Part shown: one piece after another, positions 1-13,594 of the stretch
Layout: the number at the start of each line of letters is the position of its first letter
Numbering within the stretch: position 1 is the stretch's first letter
NCBI GenBank assembly: GCA_008632985.1
Contig: QPGO01000047.1
Coordinates: forward strand, 422,212 to 486,211
Length of the DNA: 64,000 bases
Direction: 5' to 3'
From: Psammoneis japonica
Lineage: Eukaryota
Translations under genes and position numbers: made by a program
The notes under the pieces: model-generated
The model's input: the letters and a program-made list of their open reading frames with translations, nothing else
Database searches by the model: none
What the model was told of the DNA's origin: nothing

Positions 1-1526
1 GCACATGGGCTTTCAAACTCAAACGACTCCCGGATGGTGCGCCCTTGAAGTGCAAGGCACGACATTGCGTTCGCGGCGATTTGCAGAAACACGGGATCGA
101 TTTTTTCGAGACCTGCGCGCTGGCAGTGCAATGGTCGTCCATGCGCCTTCTCCTCACCACGGCACTCAAGGAAGGTTGGACTGCACGTCAAGTGGACTGT
201 GCCACAGCCTTCTGCCAAGCTGACATCAAGGAGAAGGTCCATGTAGAGCCTCCCAAGGGTTTCCAGCCAAAATCGGGCGCCGATCTGGTGCCAAAATTGT
301 TGAAAGGCCCACACGGCCTACGCCAGTCTCCCAAGTGCTTCTGTGAAAAGCTGAGGGACGGATTGCTCGAAAGAGGATGGATTCAATCCGCCATTGACCC
401 TTGTCTTTATTTCAAAAAGGGCATGTCATGTGTGGCACATGTTGATGACACCGTGTTCGCCGGCGCATCGGCCCAAGCCTTGGAAGCAGAGATTGCCAAG
501 TTGGGCATCTCTGACGATGAGCAACGCCATGTCTTTGATCTACGCGATGAAGGCGAAGTCGGCAACTTTCTAGGTGTCAAGATTCAAAAGCTCGAAGACG
601 GCCGATTCCTCCTGACCCAACCCGGCCCAATTGAGAAAGTTCTCCGCACCGCACAGATGACTGAGTGCAACGGCGCACCCACTCCTGCCTTGCCTGCTCC
701 TGCTGGCAGCGATGCCGACGGGCCACCGTTCGAAGAGCCTCATGACTGCCATTCCGTGGTCGGCATGCTGATGCATCTAGCGTCCAACAGCCGCCCGGAC
801 ATCGCTTGCGCGACCCATCAAGTCGCACGGTTCTCCTGCACACCCAAGGCCTCCCACGCTGCAGCTGTCAAGCGCACTCTTCGTCACCTGAAGGATGCGG
901 CCGATAAAGGACTTGTCCTAACTCCAACCGCCGATCAACGACTCGACTGCTATGTTGATGCTGATTTCGCGGGACTCTTCAGTGTTGAAGATGGACAAGA
1001 TCCCACGTCTGTCAAGTCACGTGCGGGACATGTCATTTATTGTGCTGGATGTCCGATTGTCTGGGTGTCCAAGTCACAGACCCTCGTCGCACTCTCTACC
1101 ATGGAAGCCGAGTATGTCGCCCTCTCCCAAGCGATGCGTGATCTCATCCCCCTTCGCGAGATCGTGAAGGAAATCAACGCGCTCGTTTTCGGACAGCCGG
1201 ACAGACAGACCGATATTTCGACACATTCGAAGGCTTTCCGACACGCCAACGACGGAACTGAGGATTCTCCCATTGACTCCACTAACCTCCCAGCATCCGT
1301 TGTGTGCGAAGACAATGCTGCCTGCCTCCAATTCGCCCGTGTGCCAAAATTGTCCCCACGAACCAAGCACATCGGCATTCCCTGCCATTGGTTTTGCACT
1401 AAAGTTGAGGCTTTGGAGATCAAAATTGAGCCTGTGAGCTCAGCTGCACAGCTTGCTGACCAGTTCACTAAAGGATTGACTGTTGATCTATTCCGCACTG
1501 GTCGTAAAGCCCTCATGGGCTGGTGA
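1..1526 (+). mobile_element. Ty1/copia retrotransposon pol, RT and RNase H part, TpA-hypermutated; continues beyond the window start
   Basis: ORF 45..1526 has copia motifs QVDCATAFCQA, KVHVEPPKGF, GPHGLRQSP (cf. LYGLKQSP), CVAHVDD (cf. YVDD), SRPDIACA, CYVDADFAG, STMEAEYVALS, EDNAAC, RTKHI and QLADQFTKGL. Conserved Tyr is mostly replaced by His or Cys. Confidence 0.95.
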
Positions 1527-1552
1527 CTGACAGTTCTCCTTCTCTTTTCGGT

Positions 1553-1871
1553 TGAGAGGGAGAGTCACGAGTCAACAACCGAGTCTGATTCACGGATGAC
1601 GCTTCCGGTCATGGATCTCTTCTTCCGGAAGAAATGTCCATTGAGTCTTCTAGCGACAGCAATCGGAGTGACACACACGACCGTCAGGTCACAATGTCAT
1701 CTCCAATCCCTCGTGAGATCTTCTCACAATTCGCATCTTTGGCACATCTTGTTGTCCCAAAACTGCTTCTTGTCATCCTCTGTTGCATTGTACAACCTCA
1801 AGAGAGTCCTGAACTCTCCATCCTACACAGTGCATTGTTGCATCCCAAGTGTTCGTCCACGTGTTCGAACA
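1553..1871 (+). repeat. Polypurine tract and probable 3' LTR of the copia element
   Basis: GAGAGGGAGAG lies just after the pol stop. About 300 bp of non-coding sequence follows, ending ...GTTCGAACA where the DUF6824-like gene remnant begins. No second LTR is in the window to confirm the boundaries. Confidence 0.45.
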
Positions 1872-2226
1872 ATGAAGAGACAGTCCCGCTCAAACACTGA
1901 GACTTTTTAATCATAAGAAATCGCCCCCCTCGTCGAGAAATTTCGTCCATAATTTGTTTTGCAATCTTGCGCTTTTCTTCTTTTGTTGGTGCAGCAGAGT
2001 GTTCATCCTTTCTCTGTTCTACCAGCCGACGAAGGTGCCGATTTCCAATGTGATTATTTGCACCAGACCCTCGGCCAAGCAGCACATCATTAGAATTCAT
2101 TTCAGCAATGAGGCCACTTGAAGCGTCTCGTTTCGTATCTTCTGCAGGGCGAGCAGATTCTGCGGCGACACCTTCTTGTCGCACACCCGCAGGTTTCTCT
2201 TCAGAAATGGGATCAGCATTCAGCAT
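1872..2226 (-). pseudogene. DUF6824-like diatom gene, truncated and TpA-mutated
   Basis: NDVLLGRGSGANNHIGNRHLRRLVEQRKDEHSAA...KRKIAKQIMDEISRRGGRFL matches the family pattern as I recall it. The expected Tyr reads His (DEHS), and the frame runs into the putative LTR. Confidence 0.75.
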
Positions 2227-5200
2227 TGTCTCTTCCGAATTGTGCGCTGCCTTTGCAGGGAAACAGTGGAGTCACACTCGCCTTTTTGTCGACACCTTGC
2301 ATTGTTGCCATTGGTGCGGGGAGTGTGTTGATGGAACAAACGTCAATGCAGGTGGGCCCTGCGGTGCAATGGCGACATGGCGACGCACTGCGCTTTCGAC
2401 GGCACATCGTTGGCAACGAACAGACAAAACTGAAAACGTCGTGCGCTGCGCAGACAAATTGCGAGTGGCGTTTGCGTCCGTCCGTTTGTCGGAACAAGAG
2501 GCTGTGGAGCCGAGGATGTGATTCGAACAGTGCTGCACACATTCATTCCGCAGATGTTGGTGGCACGGATCCTCCACTTACAGAGGTTGGAGCACCAGAC
2601 CCCTTTCACCATGGTGAAAGCAACAGTTGAGCTCCAGTTCATCATTGACAAGAAGTGCTGCTTTGGCAGCATCAAATGGTGCAAACAGCAGCAAAGTTGG
2701 AGCACACTTGTCTGGTCTCTTGTTGACTGCTGTGTGTCCTCAAAACTGAGTGCTGGACCACTCATCCACACAATGACTTGGAGCACAGACACCACATGAT
2801 TGTAAAATTCACACACTGATGATGCATCACATCACAAAGAGACATGCGCTGTTGTTGATTGCACCAAGTGCAAGCTCCTCAAAGAGCCCAGTCAAAAGGC
2901 TGTCCACAAAAAACAACAAAGAGAAAAAAGCCCAAAATTCAAACCACACCATCACATGGAGTGCAGGCAGCCTGGTTGACCTGCCCTTGCATTCCTGCCT
3001 TCTTTGTCATGACGGCTGTTGGTGGTGTGTGTGGCTGGGCAATTTCACGGTGGTGAGAGATCACCATTTTTTGTGTGTGAGATTTGCAGTTTGAGACATG
3101 AAAAATGAGTCTTTGTGCTGGAGTTTGATTGTGCCACATGGATGTGGCACCAAGCGCACATCATGTGACACGCGAAACTTGCAGACAAGAACGACCTTGT
3201 GATTTGTCCCCAAGTGACCCACCTCTGGAATGAAAACACATCAGACCAAGAGCCTCTCTCAACATCTCTTCTTCCCCCATGCTGCAGAGGCGGCACACTT
3301 CAAAACTTCAAACAGCACAGCTGGCTCCACTCCACAGATGCTTGGCAGCTGAGGTCTGTTTTGTTTTTCCCGTTGTCGCTCATGTCATGCCGCCGTGCAA
3401 CCCTTGTGACTCATGTGGCACACAAAAGCTGGAGGGGGGGAGGCATGGTTGTCAGAGCATGTCAAGACCACAGCATGGGCTCTCCAATGCCTTTTGCACC
3501 ACCTCACAGACAGCAGTCAGAACTCATTTGATGCCACCACACCACAGGGGACCTCAACCTCTTGTTGTTTTGAAACCTGCTGGTGCAGCTTGGTGTGGGT
3601 GCCACATCATCATCCATGCTTCAACTTGGGGCACAAGTCTTGGTGCACTGCTCAGTGTTGCTTGCAGCTTGCGCACTTCTTGCTCTTTGAGCCTTTGAGA
3701 AAATGCAATGATCAACATGAACAAGCTTCTGATGACAATGTTGTCCCTTTTGGCACTGGCAAATCAAGCCACAGGACGGCAAATGAGGCTGAGCTTGCTG
3801 GTGTCCTTGACAGTGATGACACCATGTTCTCACACACTGGCTCTGAAGGAACATGAAATCTTTGTCTGTTTGACTTCAACGCTGAAGAGCAATGTGAGGG
3901 CCAAGCATTTGGTTTGGCTTTGGCAATCCAGCTGGTTTTTTGCTGACATTGGTCCGCGACTCTGATGACACAGGTGGAGACTGAACCTTTTGGAATGCTT
4001 TGAGATCAATGACAAGCACTTGGTGGCAATGCTCACCCCAAATGGAAGAAAATGGGCCTTCAAGAACATTGGTTTGGCGCCACTCCATTGGAGCTGTCTT
4101 CAACACAATGCAAGTCCATGAGGGCAATGATCAGCTGACAATCAAAGGAAAGTGTCACAAAGCTGTTGATGAGCTGACACATGCTTTTTTGTGTTTGCTT
4201 CTGTTTTCTGCTCATTTTGACAGCACTGGTGGGGGAATCAGCTGTGGTGGCTCATGCTCTGCACCCAACTCAATGTTTGTTGGTTTGCACAAGCAAGGGG
4301 AGTCGGCTTTTGCCCCCAACCTCAATCTGATGAATTGTTTGTTTCAGAACATTGCTCTTGGCATTGGCGGAGGGGGGGTGGCCATCCTCTTTGGGCAACA
4401 GTCTCTCCCAGTGTGCAGCTGCGAGTCACAAATTGCGCAGTGCAAAGGCAATTCCAGATTGGCAGCCCAAGCTTTGCGGGTTGGCTCAGTGCCACTGTGA
4501 TGCTCATTGGTCCTTCATTGTTTGTGTCAACAACGCTGCAAGTCAGCAGGCAGCTTTGGTTGTTCTCAGTGGAGGTGTGTCACTTCCAATGGCAATTGCA
4601 ACTCCACTGTTGAGGGACATGTCAATGTTCTAGATGGACCCAAGTGCACTGGAATCGTTGACCTTTCAAGAGGCAGAGTTTGCCAATCATGCTCAACTGG
4701 CAAGCCATCTCTTTCTCTGTCAGTTGCACGCTCATCCTCTGGCGCTCCATCTGCTCAGCACTCTTTGGCAGGGACTGCATCTCCTTCTCTAGCTCTGCCA
4801 GCTGTTCTCCCATCTTCCTTGGCTCCATCCATTCAACTCCTTAAGATGGCCACTGATCTGACCTCTGTTTCACCGATGGCCACTGTCATGACTCTGAACC
4901 CAGCTCAAGGTGACACCAAAGCACCATCAAGCATGCCTTCAATGGGGGCATCCATCTCCATGGGTCCATCTGTGCCCTTTTCTTCCCCTGTCTTCTTGGT
5001 CTCCATGTGGCCTGCTGTTTTTGCTGCTGCTGTTGGTGCAGTTGTTGCAGTGCAGCACATTAAAACATGGCTCTGTTTGCACCTGTGGTGACTGTTGCTC
5101 TCGTGCCTGACAGAATGTGCGTTGTAAAGAATTTTTGTTCATGAATCTCTGCCACAGAAGCAAGCAGTGCAATTTGTTTGGCACATCACAAAGTCATTCC

Positions 5201-6899
5201 ATCAAACCCCGTTGTCATTGAACACGTTCAAATGGTGCAACGCAGAAGTCAAGCACACAAGAGGCGGCACATGACAGTGCAGCAACCAGACTCAAAATGG
5301 TCCAAGCCCATCAATTCAGCGCATGGCAGCTGACGCTGACGAGGAGCATCGGCTGGACAACATGATCAACCACACAAAGAAAGCTCTCATCTCTGCACTT
5401 CTTCAAATGGGGGTGTGGAAAAGTCAATCCAAAGTTGTGTCCTCTTGCATTGCAAAAGCCACCCAAGTTCCATGTCGCAGCAGCGACCTCTTGGAATTGG
5501 CCTTGCAAGTGCACCCGTGTTGCTTTGTTGGCAATGTTGCCAACAGTGTGCTTCCCCTTGGAACAACCATTCTGATGGGACAAGAACTGACAACGAGGTT
5601 TTTGTTTTTCTTTTGGCTTCTTGCAACCCAGGTGGGGATCATGCTGCAGTTTGAGTGTCGCAACCTGTCCCAAAGTCTCCCGTGCTGAAAGTTCTGACAT
5701 GAGCTTGACATCCGGCAGTGAAACTCTGCAGCATCAAGAAAATGCACCAATCCTTCCTTCTCCTTGGCATGCAGAGTGGGCAAGAGCCAATCGACAACTT
5801 CATTTGGCAGATGTGTTCAAGGTGACAGCCTCGTTGTCCCCCAAACCTTGTGGCAAATCAATGAGTTCACATTGCCAACCACTGACCAATGGGTGTCATG
5901 CAGCAACTGCACATTTTGCTGGTTGCAGACATTGGTGCAGAAAAACGTTGTTCTGAAGTGACAACCCTCCTGCCTTTGAAAGGGAATTGGAAAAGAGCAA
6001 GAAGAATGTGCAAAATGCAAGACCACTTGTGGTTCGGTGACACCGCTTTGTTGCAAGAGGTGAGCAACGATTTTGCGACTCATGCCAGCTGTTTCCACAA
6101 GGCTCCTGCCACAGTCTCCTTCATGGTCTCCTTGTTCTGGTTCTGCCTGCCTGGCAATTGCTCTGTCATGCAACGCCAATCCAAGCTGTTGGTTTCTGCT
6201 GAGCGAACGACTCGTCAAAGCACGGCAAGGCGTTTGGTGTTGTTGGTTCATTTTGGTGGCTTTGGCATCCTGTTTGGCTGGAGTCAGTGCTTCCAAACAT
6301 CATGATGCACTGCTTGTTGCATCTCATCAACATGTGCTTTTGCACGACTGCTTCAATCTCTGTGCTGAGGAAAGGGCGACTCTGAAAATGACTCCATTTC
6401 ATTGCACTTGCACAGAGCTTGAAGTTGTCATGCATCCAACTGCAGCAAACACTTGTCAAGCGGGAGCTCTTGAGACGTGCTCCCTCCATTGCCCATGCAC
6501 CGGCACACCATTTCTTTGTCCATGACATTGGCCCTTCTGGCAGTCGGAGCAATGCTCTGGCTTTTTGTCCAATCAGGTGGTGCATCATGTGAGTTGCACG
6601 CAAGCACAAAATGTTGCCGCACAGAAGACCCCAACAAAGGGCAGCGCATTTTGGTTTGCTCCATCATGTGGGAACTCATCGGCACAAGCGGCATTGGCTT
6701 CACAATGGATGGCATTCTTGAAGATTTTTGCATTTGAAGAGGGGTTAAATTTGGACCCAATGAAAGGCACTGCATGTGAGCTGCAGACTGTTGGCTCAAC
6801 TGAACTGTTTGAGCATTCTTGCATCATCATTTTTTCCAAACGCAGCAGCTCGACCGGAGATCAATGCACCAAGATCTAAAAGTTTTCAGGCCCAAGAGC

Positions 6900-8080
6900 G
6901 GGATCCTCTCAGAACACCCTGCAGCTTGGCCATCAAGCATCGTCCACCAGCGCAGTCACTCTCTGCTCCTGGTGCACCCTTGTCACCATCTCCACAAACA
7001 GTTGATGAACCGCACCACTTGCTGCTTGGGTTGTTGCCCGATGTCGGGCTGGCAAGGGCCATCGATTCACCATCTTCATTCGGAAAGGTGGGCCCGTCAT
7101 CCCAGTTGACACGGTCAACCTCAATGGAGTCGCCGTCCAAAAGGATCAGTTCATCAAAATCATTGTTCAAGTGAAGACAGGTTGCATCACACTCATGATC
7201 CAAGTCAACTCCCCCCGCTGGTGGCAGCATCAGCATTGTTTCTGAGAACGAGGCAGTCACCCAACAAGATTGCAAGTGGACCTCCATTGTCAACAACATG
7301 GCAGTTGGTTCCATCATCCTGAACCGTCCAGCCACTGATGTCAATGTCGCTTCTGGTTGGGTTGAAAAGCTCGAACCACTCTCCATCATGCTCTGATTCC
7401 ACACTGGCTGGGTTGCACACAATCACGTTGATCACCGCCCTGGACACACAGTCATTTGGTGCTCCCGGCATCCCCATGAACCACTCTCCATCATGCTCTG
7501 ATTCCACACTGGCTGGGTTGCACACAATCACGTTGATCACCGCCCTGGACACACAGTCATTTGGTGCTCCCGGCGTCCCCATGTTGCCAGCTCTGTGGAC
7601 GGCAGTTGCATTGCACCAGTGGTTTGGACAGGTGGCACCTTCATCCCAGTTGACACGGTCCACCTCGATGGAGTCACCGTCCAAAAGTGCAAGCTCGTCA
7701 ATGCCTTGTTCAAGTGAACGCAAGCAGTGTCGCACTCATGATCCAAGTCCACTCCCCCATTGGTGGCAGCATCAGCATTGTTGCCAAGCACTGGACATCC
7801 ATTGGGGCCAGTCAAAAGAGGATCGCTGTTGTCAATGACATGGCTGTTTGAACCATCATCCTTGATCGTCCAATCATTGACATCTGCTTGACTGGAAGAA
7901 GGATTGCATGGCTCAAACCACTTGCCGGACACCCACGATGCCACCACCGCTGGGTTGCACATGATCTCATCAATCACTGGCTGCCCTGAAGCCGCGCCAA
8001 GAGCAAGGCTTGCCATCAAGAGAGACACCTTGAAAACCACACTGTAGAAAGTGTTTGTTGGTTTGAGTGTAAAAATGCAC
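6900..8080 (-). pseudogene. Secreted protein with tandem lamin-tail-like (LTD) domains, frameshifted and TpA-mutated
   Basis: A signal-like segment (VSLLMASLALGAASG) precedes two LTD-like repeats: VIDEIMCNP..GKWFE..DVNDWTIKDD and VINVIVCNP..GEWFELFNPTRSDIDISGWTVQDD..EVDRVNWD..GAPGAESDC. Expected YNP reads CNP and probable DYEYD reads DHECD. Confidence 0.75.
7373..7582. repeat. 105-bp tandem duplication, 2 copies, in frame
   Basis: 7373-7477 and 7478-7582 are nearly identical (GAACCACTCTCCATCATGCTC...CCCCAT). Confidence 0.95.
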
Positions 8081-11000
8081 TTGATGAAATTGTGAGAGCA
8101 ATCAAGAGACTTTTTCTGTGGTCTGATGCACTGCCCTCTGGACAAAAGTTGAGATCTGTCATTCATGTCATGACCAATGTCTGTTCCTGTCAATCAAACT
8201 GATCAACAGAAAATCAGTCATGCGCTGTCAAGTGAGTTTTAGAACCATGAATGTGCCCAATGACACAGGGCACACGTTTGCATGAACATGCCTGTAAAAT
8301 GACACGACTCATCCAGATGAATCGAGCCAAGTTCATGGCACTTCCATCACTCAGATGCAGTCTGTTGGTGGCGGTTAGCCAAGAAAGCGGCAAAACTGCT
8401 GCAATCAGACAAAGCAATCCCTGCACATTGGCTGCCAGTGCATTGGAACAGATGAAATCCAACCATGCCATTTCATCTGGAGTTTTCTGCCCAATTCCCA
8501 ACATGGAGTGTCTTGTTGATGTCGTCATTCAACAGCATGACAGAGTTGGCCATTCATGTGCCAGCACAGAGACTCAACTTTTCCTTGTCAAGCACACCTT
8601 CAAAAGCTGTGGACGAGAGACCAACTTGGCATCAAGACCACCATGAGAGGGGTGAGAGAGCACTGGCATGATGATTCTAACCGCGCGTGGATGAGCACTT
8701 GTGATTGTGTCAGGCACATTTGTTTTCAAAGCTCGGCTGAAACAATTGCAAGGTGATCAGAATCATCAATCTCTTGCACCTTTTCCAGTCGAGCCGTGGG
8801 TGTCCCCTTGGTTGCTTGGGCATGCTGGCCTGCGGCTTTTGGCCCAACTTGTCAAAGCTGACGACTTGTCCCTCCACAGTGGCTTGGGGTTCTTCTTCCA
8901 GGCAGTCCAGAGGGTGGAACACATTGTCCAAGTTATCCGCAAGGACATTTTTCAACAGCTGGTCTTCCAATTGGATTGTGCATGAAAGAAAAGGCCCGCC
9001 ATGGCTTCTGACAGGATGTTGGTGCCAGTGGATGAACAACAGCTTCTCCATTGACTGCTGAAACTCGGAACGACTCAACTGCTCCCTGCACCATGGCTGG
9101 AGAGGTTGCGATCGAAACGAATGAGTTTGTCTTCCCTCTTTTGAATCTTTCTTTCTCAGTTCATTTTCTGGCTGAGCCTGTTGCGTTTCTACATTCTTGT
9201 CATCAGAACAGAAAACAAGGCACACTCTCGTGGAGACGTGTTCCAGTCCCAGGTGACGCACAAAACGACAATCGGATTTTTTGAGTGCAGTTTGTGTGTG
9301 TTTTAGTGTGCAAAGCATTTTAATGAAAATGCTTGGACGGATTGACTTTCACAGGCTTCTAGAGCATGAACACTTAAATGGTTTTTTGAGGGGCATTCAA
9401 ATCCTCATGGGACATGTGTCACAAACTTCCTCAGCAGACTCAATGCTGATTGTGCGTCAGCAGATTCATGCTGAGATTTTTTTGCAGGTGCAGAAAACCC
9501 ACCAAGTGGCATCGTAGAAAGACACATTTAGGTGACATCCAAATGACGGCAACATTTTCGCCGAAAATCATCCGTTGTGTTACAGGGTCAAAACTTGGGG
9601 TGCCTGGATCGTCAACGGTGGGAGGAACAACGGATGAAAGAGAGTCTGCTGGTTCCACGGAGCAGGACGACAAAAGCAGGCGGCAGATCGGCATGAGCAA
9701 TGGCAGAAAGTCGGCGCTTGGGATCAAGTGACTCGTCCAGTCCATAAAAGTCGTGACAGCAGCTTGGAGAATGGAGGCAGCGCCATGGCAGGACGGCATG
9801 GACCGGGGCAGAAGCAGCGCGCCATGACTTGTTCCAGACTCAGGTGCCCTCACGCGCGAAAAAATGACCCTTTTCGCATGAAACGCGCGGTCCACACTTG
9901 CGGCACCATTTTCGACAGTAAAAACATGACAATTTTCAAATGTGTTGTCATGGGCACATGCAGAAAGGTCTTGTGCGTGTGCCCATGCATTCGAAACTGT
10001 CGATGGACTCAGTTGTCAGTCTCTAAATTGTGCCGCAAGTTGAGAGCTCTGTTTTCCGAGGAGCGATTTACAGATGTCTAAATGTGTGTGGAAACGCATG
10101 AAATGTTGCTCTTGTGCATAAATTAACCCTCTAACACAACACAATTAATCTTTGGTTACAATGCGCGAGTGCAACTTTGATTCAACGGATCGAACAAAAC
10201 ATGCGTTGATTCAAAAGTTTCGGACGACGTGAGAAGAAGGGTGGCTCAGCCCACGCAATGGCGTCGACTTCAGACCATTTTTCACTGTTTGAGAGGCACA
10301 AACAATTGAGACACTTGAATCCGTCGAACACATTGAGGAAGCATGCATGGCAATGGCAAAGAAATGGTCCTCAGAGGCAAATTGTGAGTGAGTTGAGGCT
10401 CAGTTGTTGTTGCTGACAGATTTGGCATCATTGTGCCGCGCTGCAACCTGCAACAAGCATTTTCACTGTTGTCATTGATGCCACAGACTACATCAAATAC
10501 GGAGGTCCTCGTCATGACATTGAATTTTCCACAAGGCTGAAAAAAGTGGGCCGTCATGGTCGCTGAAAGCCATGGCCGGTTTGGCTGTTTGTTTGTTCGA
10601 GTTCATTCTGTTCATTTTGCTTGTGAGCAATTAACATGATCAATGTGATGAAATATGTGCGATGTTGCACAAAGCATAAAAAATTTTTTTTCTGCGAAAA
10701 GGGGCATGTGCGCGCCACCCAAGTCTGGAACAAGTCCCGCGGTGGAACGGCGACGGAGCCAAAAATGGTGGCGGCGACGGCGCAGACCCGTGGACTTAGA
10801 CATCCCCACATTCGAGTCCCACACATCAAGACATGGGACAAGGAGGTTCAAGGTGAGCGCCATTGCGAACGAGAACGGGGAAAAAGATGCGCAACTCTGC
10901 GAGAATCAGAGCTCACCACACCCCGAGTCATTCTGACCCATTCCAGAGCCAGGGCTCACTCACATGGCACGACCCAATGGAGCACAACACTGTCAAGCAG

Positions 11001-12759
11001 GGTAGGGGTCGGGAGGCGGTGTCGCACCGGTCAAATCGGCCAAAAGCGCCATTGTCGGAGGGAGCGGTGGTTGTCGATCGGCCGCTCGGAAAAATTATGA
11101 GCCATCAACCCGACCGCGCACCGTTCGGAGTCGCACAGAATTTCTCGGTACAAAATGTACACAAATGTACGTCAGTATAAAAATCGTGTAGGAGGGGTGT
11201 AAGTAGTAACTTATTGTCTCTCTGTAGACTACGAGGATTCTGCCGTTAAACTATACCAGTATCTATAATTCTACGTGGTGGATTTGAATCAATCCCACCA
11301 AACGTTTTTGAATATCGATCGTAATAACGGCTTTAGGTGCTGAGATGAATATAATATATAAGTTTGAATTAAATATCATATGCAATATTAATAATTTTGA
11401 ATGATTGCGCGACTGCCAGTCGGCACGAAAAACCGTCGCCAATAAGTAAACCTGCAGTACAAAAGTACTCTTTTGCAATACTTTGGTACTTCAGTCTTGC
11501 ACATGAAAGCGCTCCCAGAGTAGTTAACGGTCAAATTGTATATATAAAATCCTCACAGCGGAAGACCCTATATACGCTCCCGTGTGCACTCAACGCGCCT
11601 CGGTTACGACCTTCTCGTTGGGTTGCACAATTGCGAGAACGACCCACAGCTAGCTTGTCGTTTGTCGTGTGGCCTTCTCGTCGGGCTTAATATAAAATGT
11701 ACTTCTAATTCATACCCAAAATTGCAGATAATATCATTCTCTTCCCGCCTCGAGAACAAAACAAAAAGGATCGGATGGCACCTGGCACCCAGCAGTTTCA
11801 GCCTTCCTTCCAACGCTTCATCCTCTAACTCAAGACCCACGTAGAAGCTACGAAATCGTCTGGTACAACAAATATTCCATTCAACCGGTTGAGTAGAATA
11901 TTCAGATTCCATTATTCCTCCTCCCCACGTAGGACAGGCGGAAATTTGATTTTCCCACTATCCCTCTTGTTTTCGCCATTTTTTGAGTATTTTAGAATTT
12001 GTTTTGCAAAATTAACAAGATTTATTGAAAAGATCACAAACGGCTTGTCCGCGAGTTCTGCGCATCATCGTGCAAACAACGCCGACAATGGCCGAAATGC
12101 CGTTCATTCTCGAAAACTGAACGTGGGGGCTGGAAAATTTCGTCGTAAGTTTATCGATTTTGATATGAACAATGAACTTAGGCCTTATGATGAAATTTGC
12201 CAGCCTCGATGTTCAATTTTCGAGAATGAACGGCATTTCGGCCATTGTCGTGTTGTTTCAAGATTTTTCCAGAATCGCCGCATAAATACAGAAATCAAAT
12301 CATGCTTTATTTTTACACTTTTTGCAATCATATGCTGAAAAAGAATCCAGAAAAGGCAAAAACAAAGGGGTCAGTCGTCGCGATCTCACCAAGATCTCAC
12401 CGCTCTCCATAAAATCAGAAATCAGCATCTGTGATCACGACCTTATTACTTCTATTCACTTCTCGTCGACCTTATTCACTTCTCGTCGCCATGGTGAATC
12501 CAAGTTTGGGATACCGAAGTGATTATGATCGAGTTGTCAATGTCAACCAGCTGCTTAGCTCTGCCTCCATTCAAGCGGTGTTGAGTTCGGTGGGTGTCGA
12601 CCCACGGATGTTTCAGGCCATGGTCATTATCAACTCAAAAGATGAGTTGTCATTTAACCAAAAAGACATGCTCTACAGGAAGCTAAGGCGCCTTCCATCC
12701 AACCAACATTGGGCGTACAAAACCTTTAAAGGATATGTAGCGTCTCATTGTGTTCATTG

Positions 12760-13211
12760 ATTCGTGTCGGAGCGGATGAATTGACTTAACCGTTGCATAT
12801 CATTTTGCGATACAATGTCAAACGTGACTTGGTGCAACGCAAGGGAAGGAACAAATAATGCAGCCTCTCTTGAGTATTGACGTACCGAGTGACGCCAAGG
12901 GATGGTTGCAGGACGTACATTGGTCCATATTGGCGTACGGCTACTTTCCCACTTATTTGCTCGGAGCTGCGGCGGCTGCCCAGGTGGCGCATTGTTGTAA
13001 AGAGCAAATCCCCAACTACCACCAAAATTGAATTTGTATCGGCTGGCGACTTGAAGAGATCAAGGCGTGGATGACGGACAAGGTCCACCGGCACGGAAGC
13101 CGCTACAAGACTTTGGACAAGCTTTTGGAGGCCGAGTTGAGCGAAAAGCTCAACCCAACGTACTTTGTTGATTACTTGACCAGCAAGCACGCTGATCTCT
13201 ATCAACATTGA
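12760..13211 (+). pseudogene. M32 (carboxypeptidase Taq-like) metallopeptidase C-terminal fragment
   Basis: Hand translation across stops and frameshifts gives IRVGADELT*PLHIILRY, LQDVHWSILAYGYFPTYLLGAAAAAQ and EIKAWMTDKVHRHGSRYKTLDKLLEAELSEKLNPTYFVDYLTSKH. Confidence 0.85.
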
Positions 13212-13594
13212 GAGAAAATCTAAACTTGCGCATGAACTGGTCACAAGAGCAAGGAAAGTTCGGATGGATGCTCTGTTTTTGGCCATTCTGCTTCCCGGGC
13301 CATCAAAAACAAGAAGAATCGAGCGCTTGTATACATTTGTTCATGTTATAGTGAAGTGCTATCTCCTTTCGATCAGACTCGTGGCCCAGGCACTGAACAA
13401 AAACCCAATAGCGCTGGCCGGAAGAGAAAAAAAAATGTTGAAGCGCGGCGATTCTGAACCCGGCTATCATGCTCTGCAGTGGCTCAATGCGAGGTCTGGT
13501 TTGTTTTCTGGAAAGTATTGTTGACGATCATCTTTGCCACCACCACAGCGGTCATCGTCCAGCATGAAGGACACGGGTCATCTTCATTGCTCGT

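Larger units (their letters stand above)
1..11090. other. TpA-depleted domain 1
   Basis: Only a handful of TA dinucleotides occur between ~2850 and ~8000, with some residual TA at 1-1930 and 9300-10800. Normal TA density resumes at ~11100-11200. Confidence 0.9.

Noticed and set aside
2300..6800. Many overlapping Cys/His-rich ORFs here and at 27-30, 45-48 and 60-64 kb
   Set aside because: They are expected by-products of TAA/TAG loss and TG/CA excess, with no recognisable domains.
10200..12420. Possible DNA-transposon or Helitron termini around the domain 1 boundary
   Set aside because: I found no matching TIR pair, TSD or convincing terminal hairpin with CTAG.
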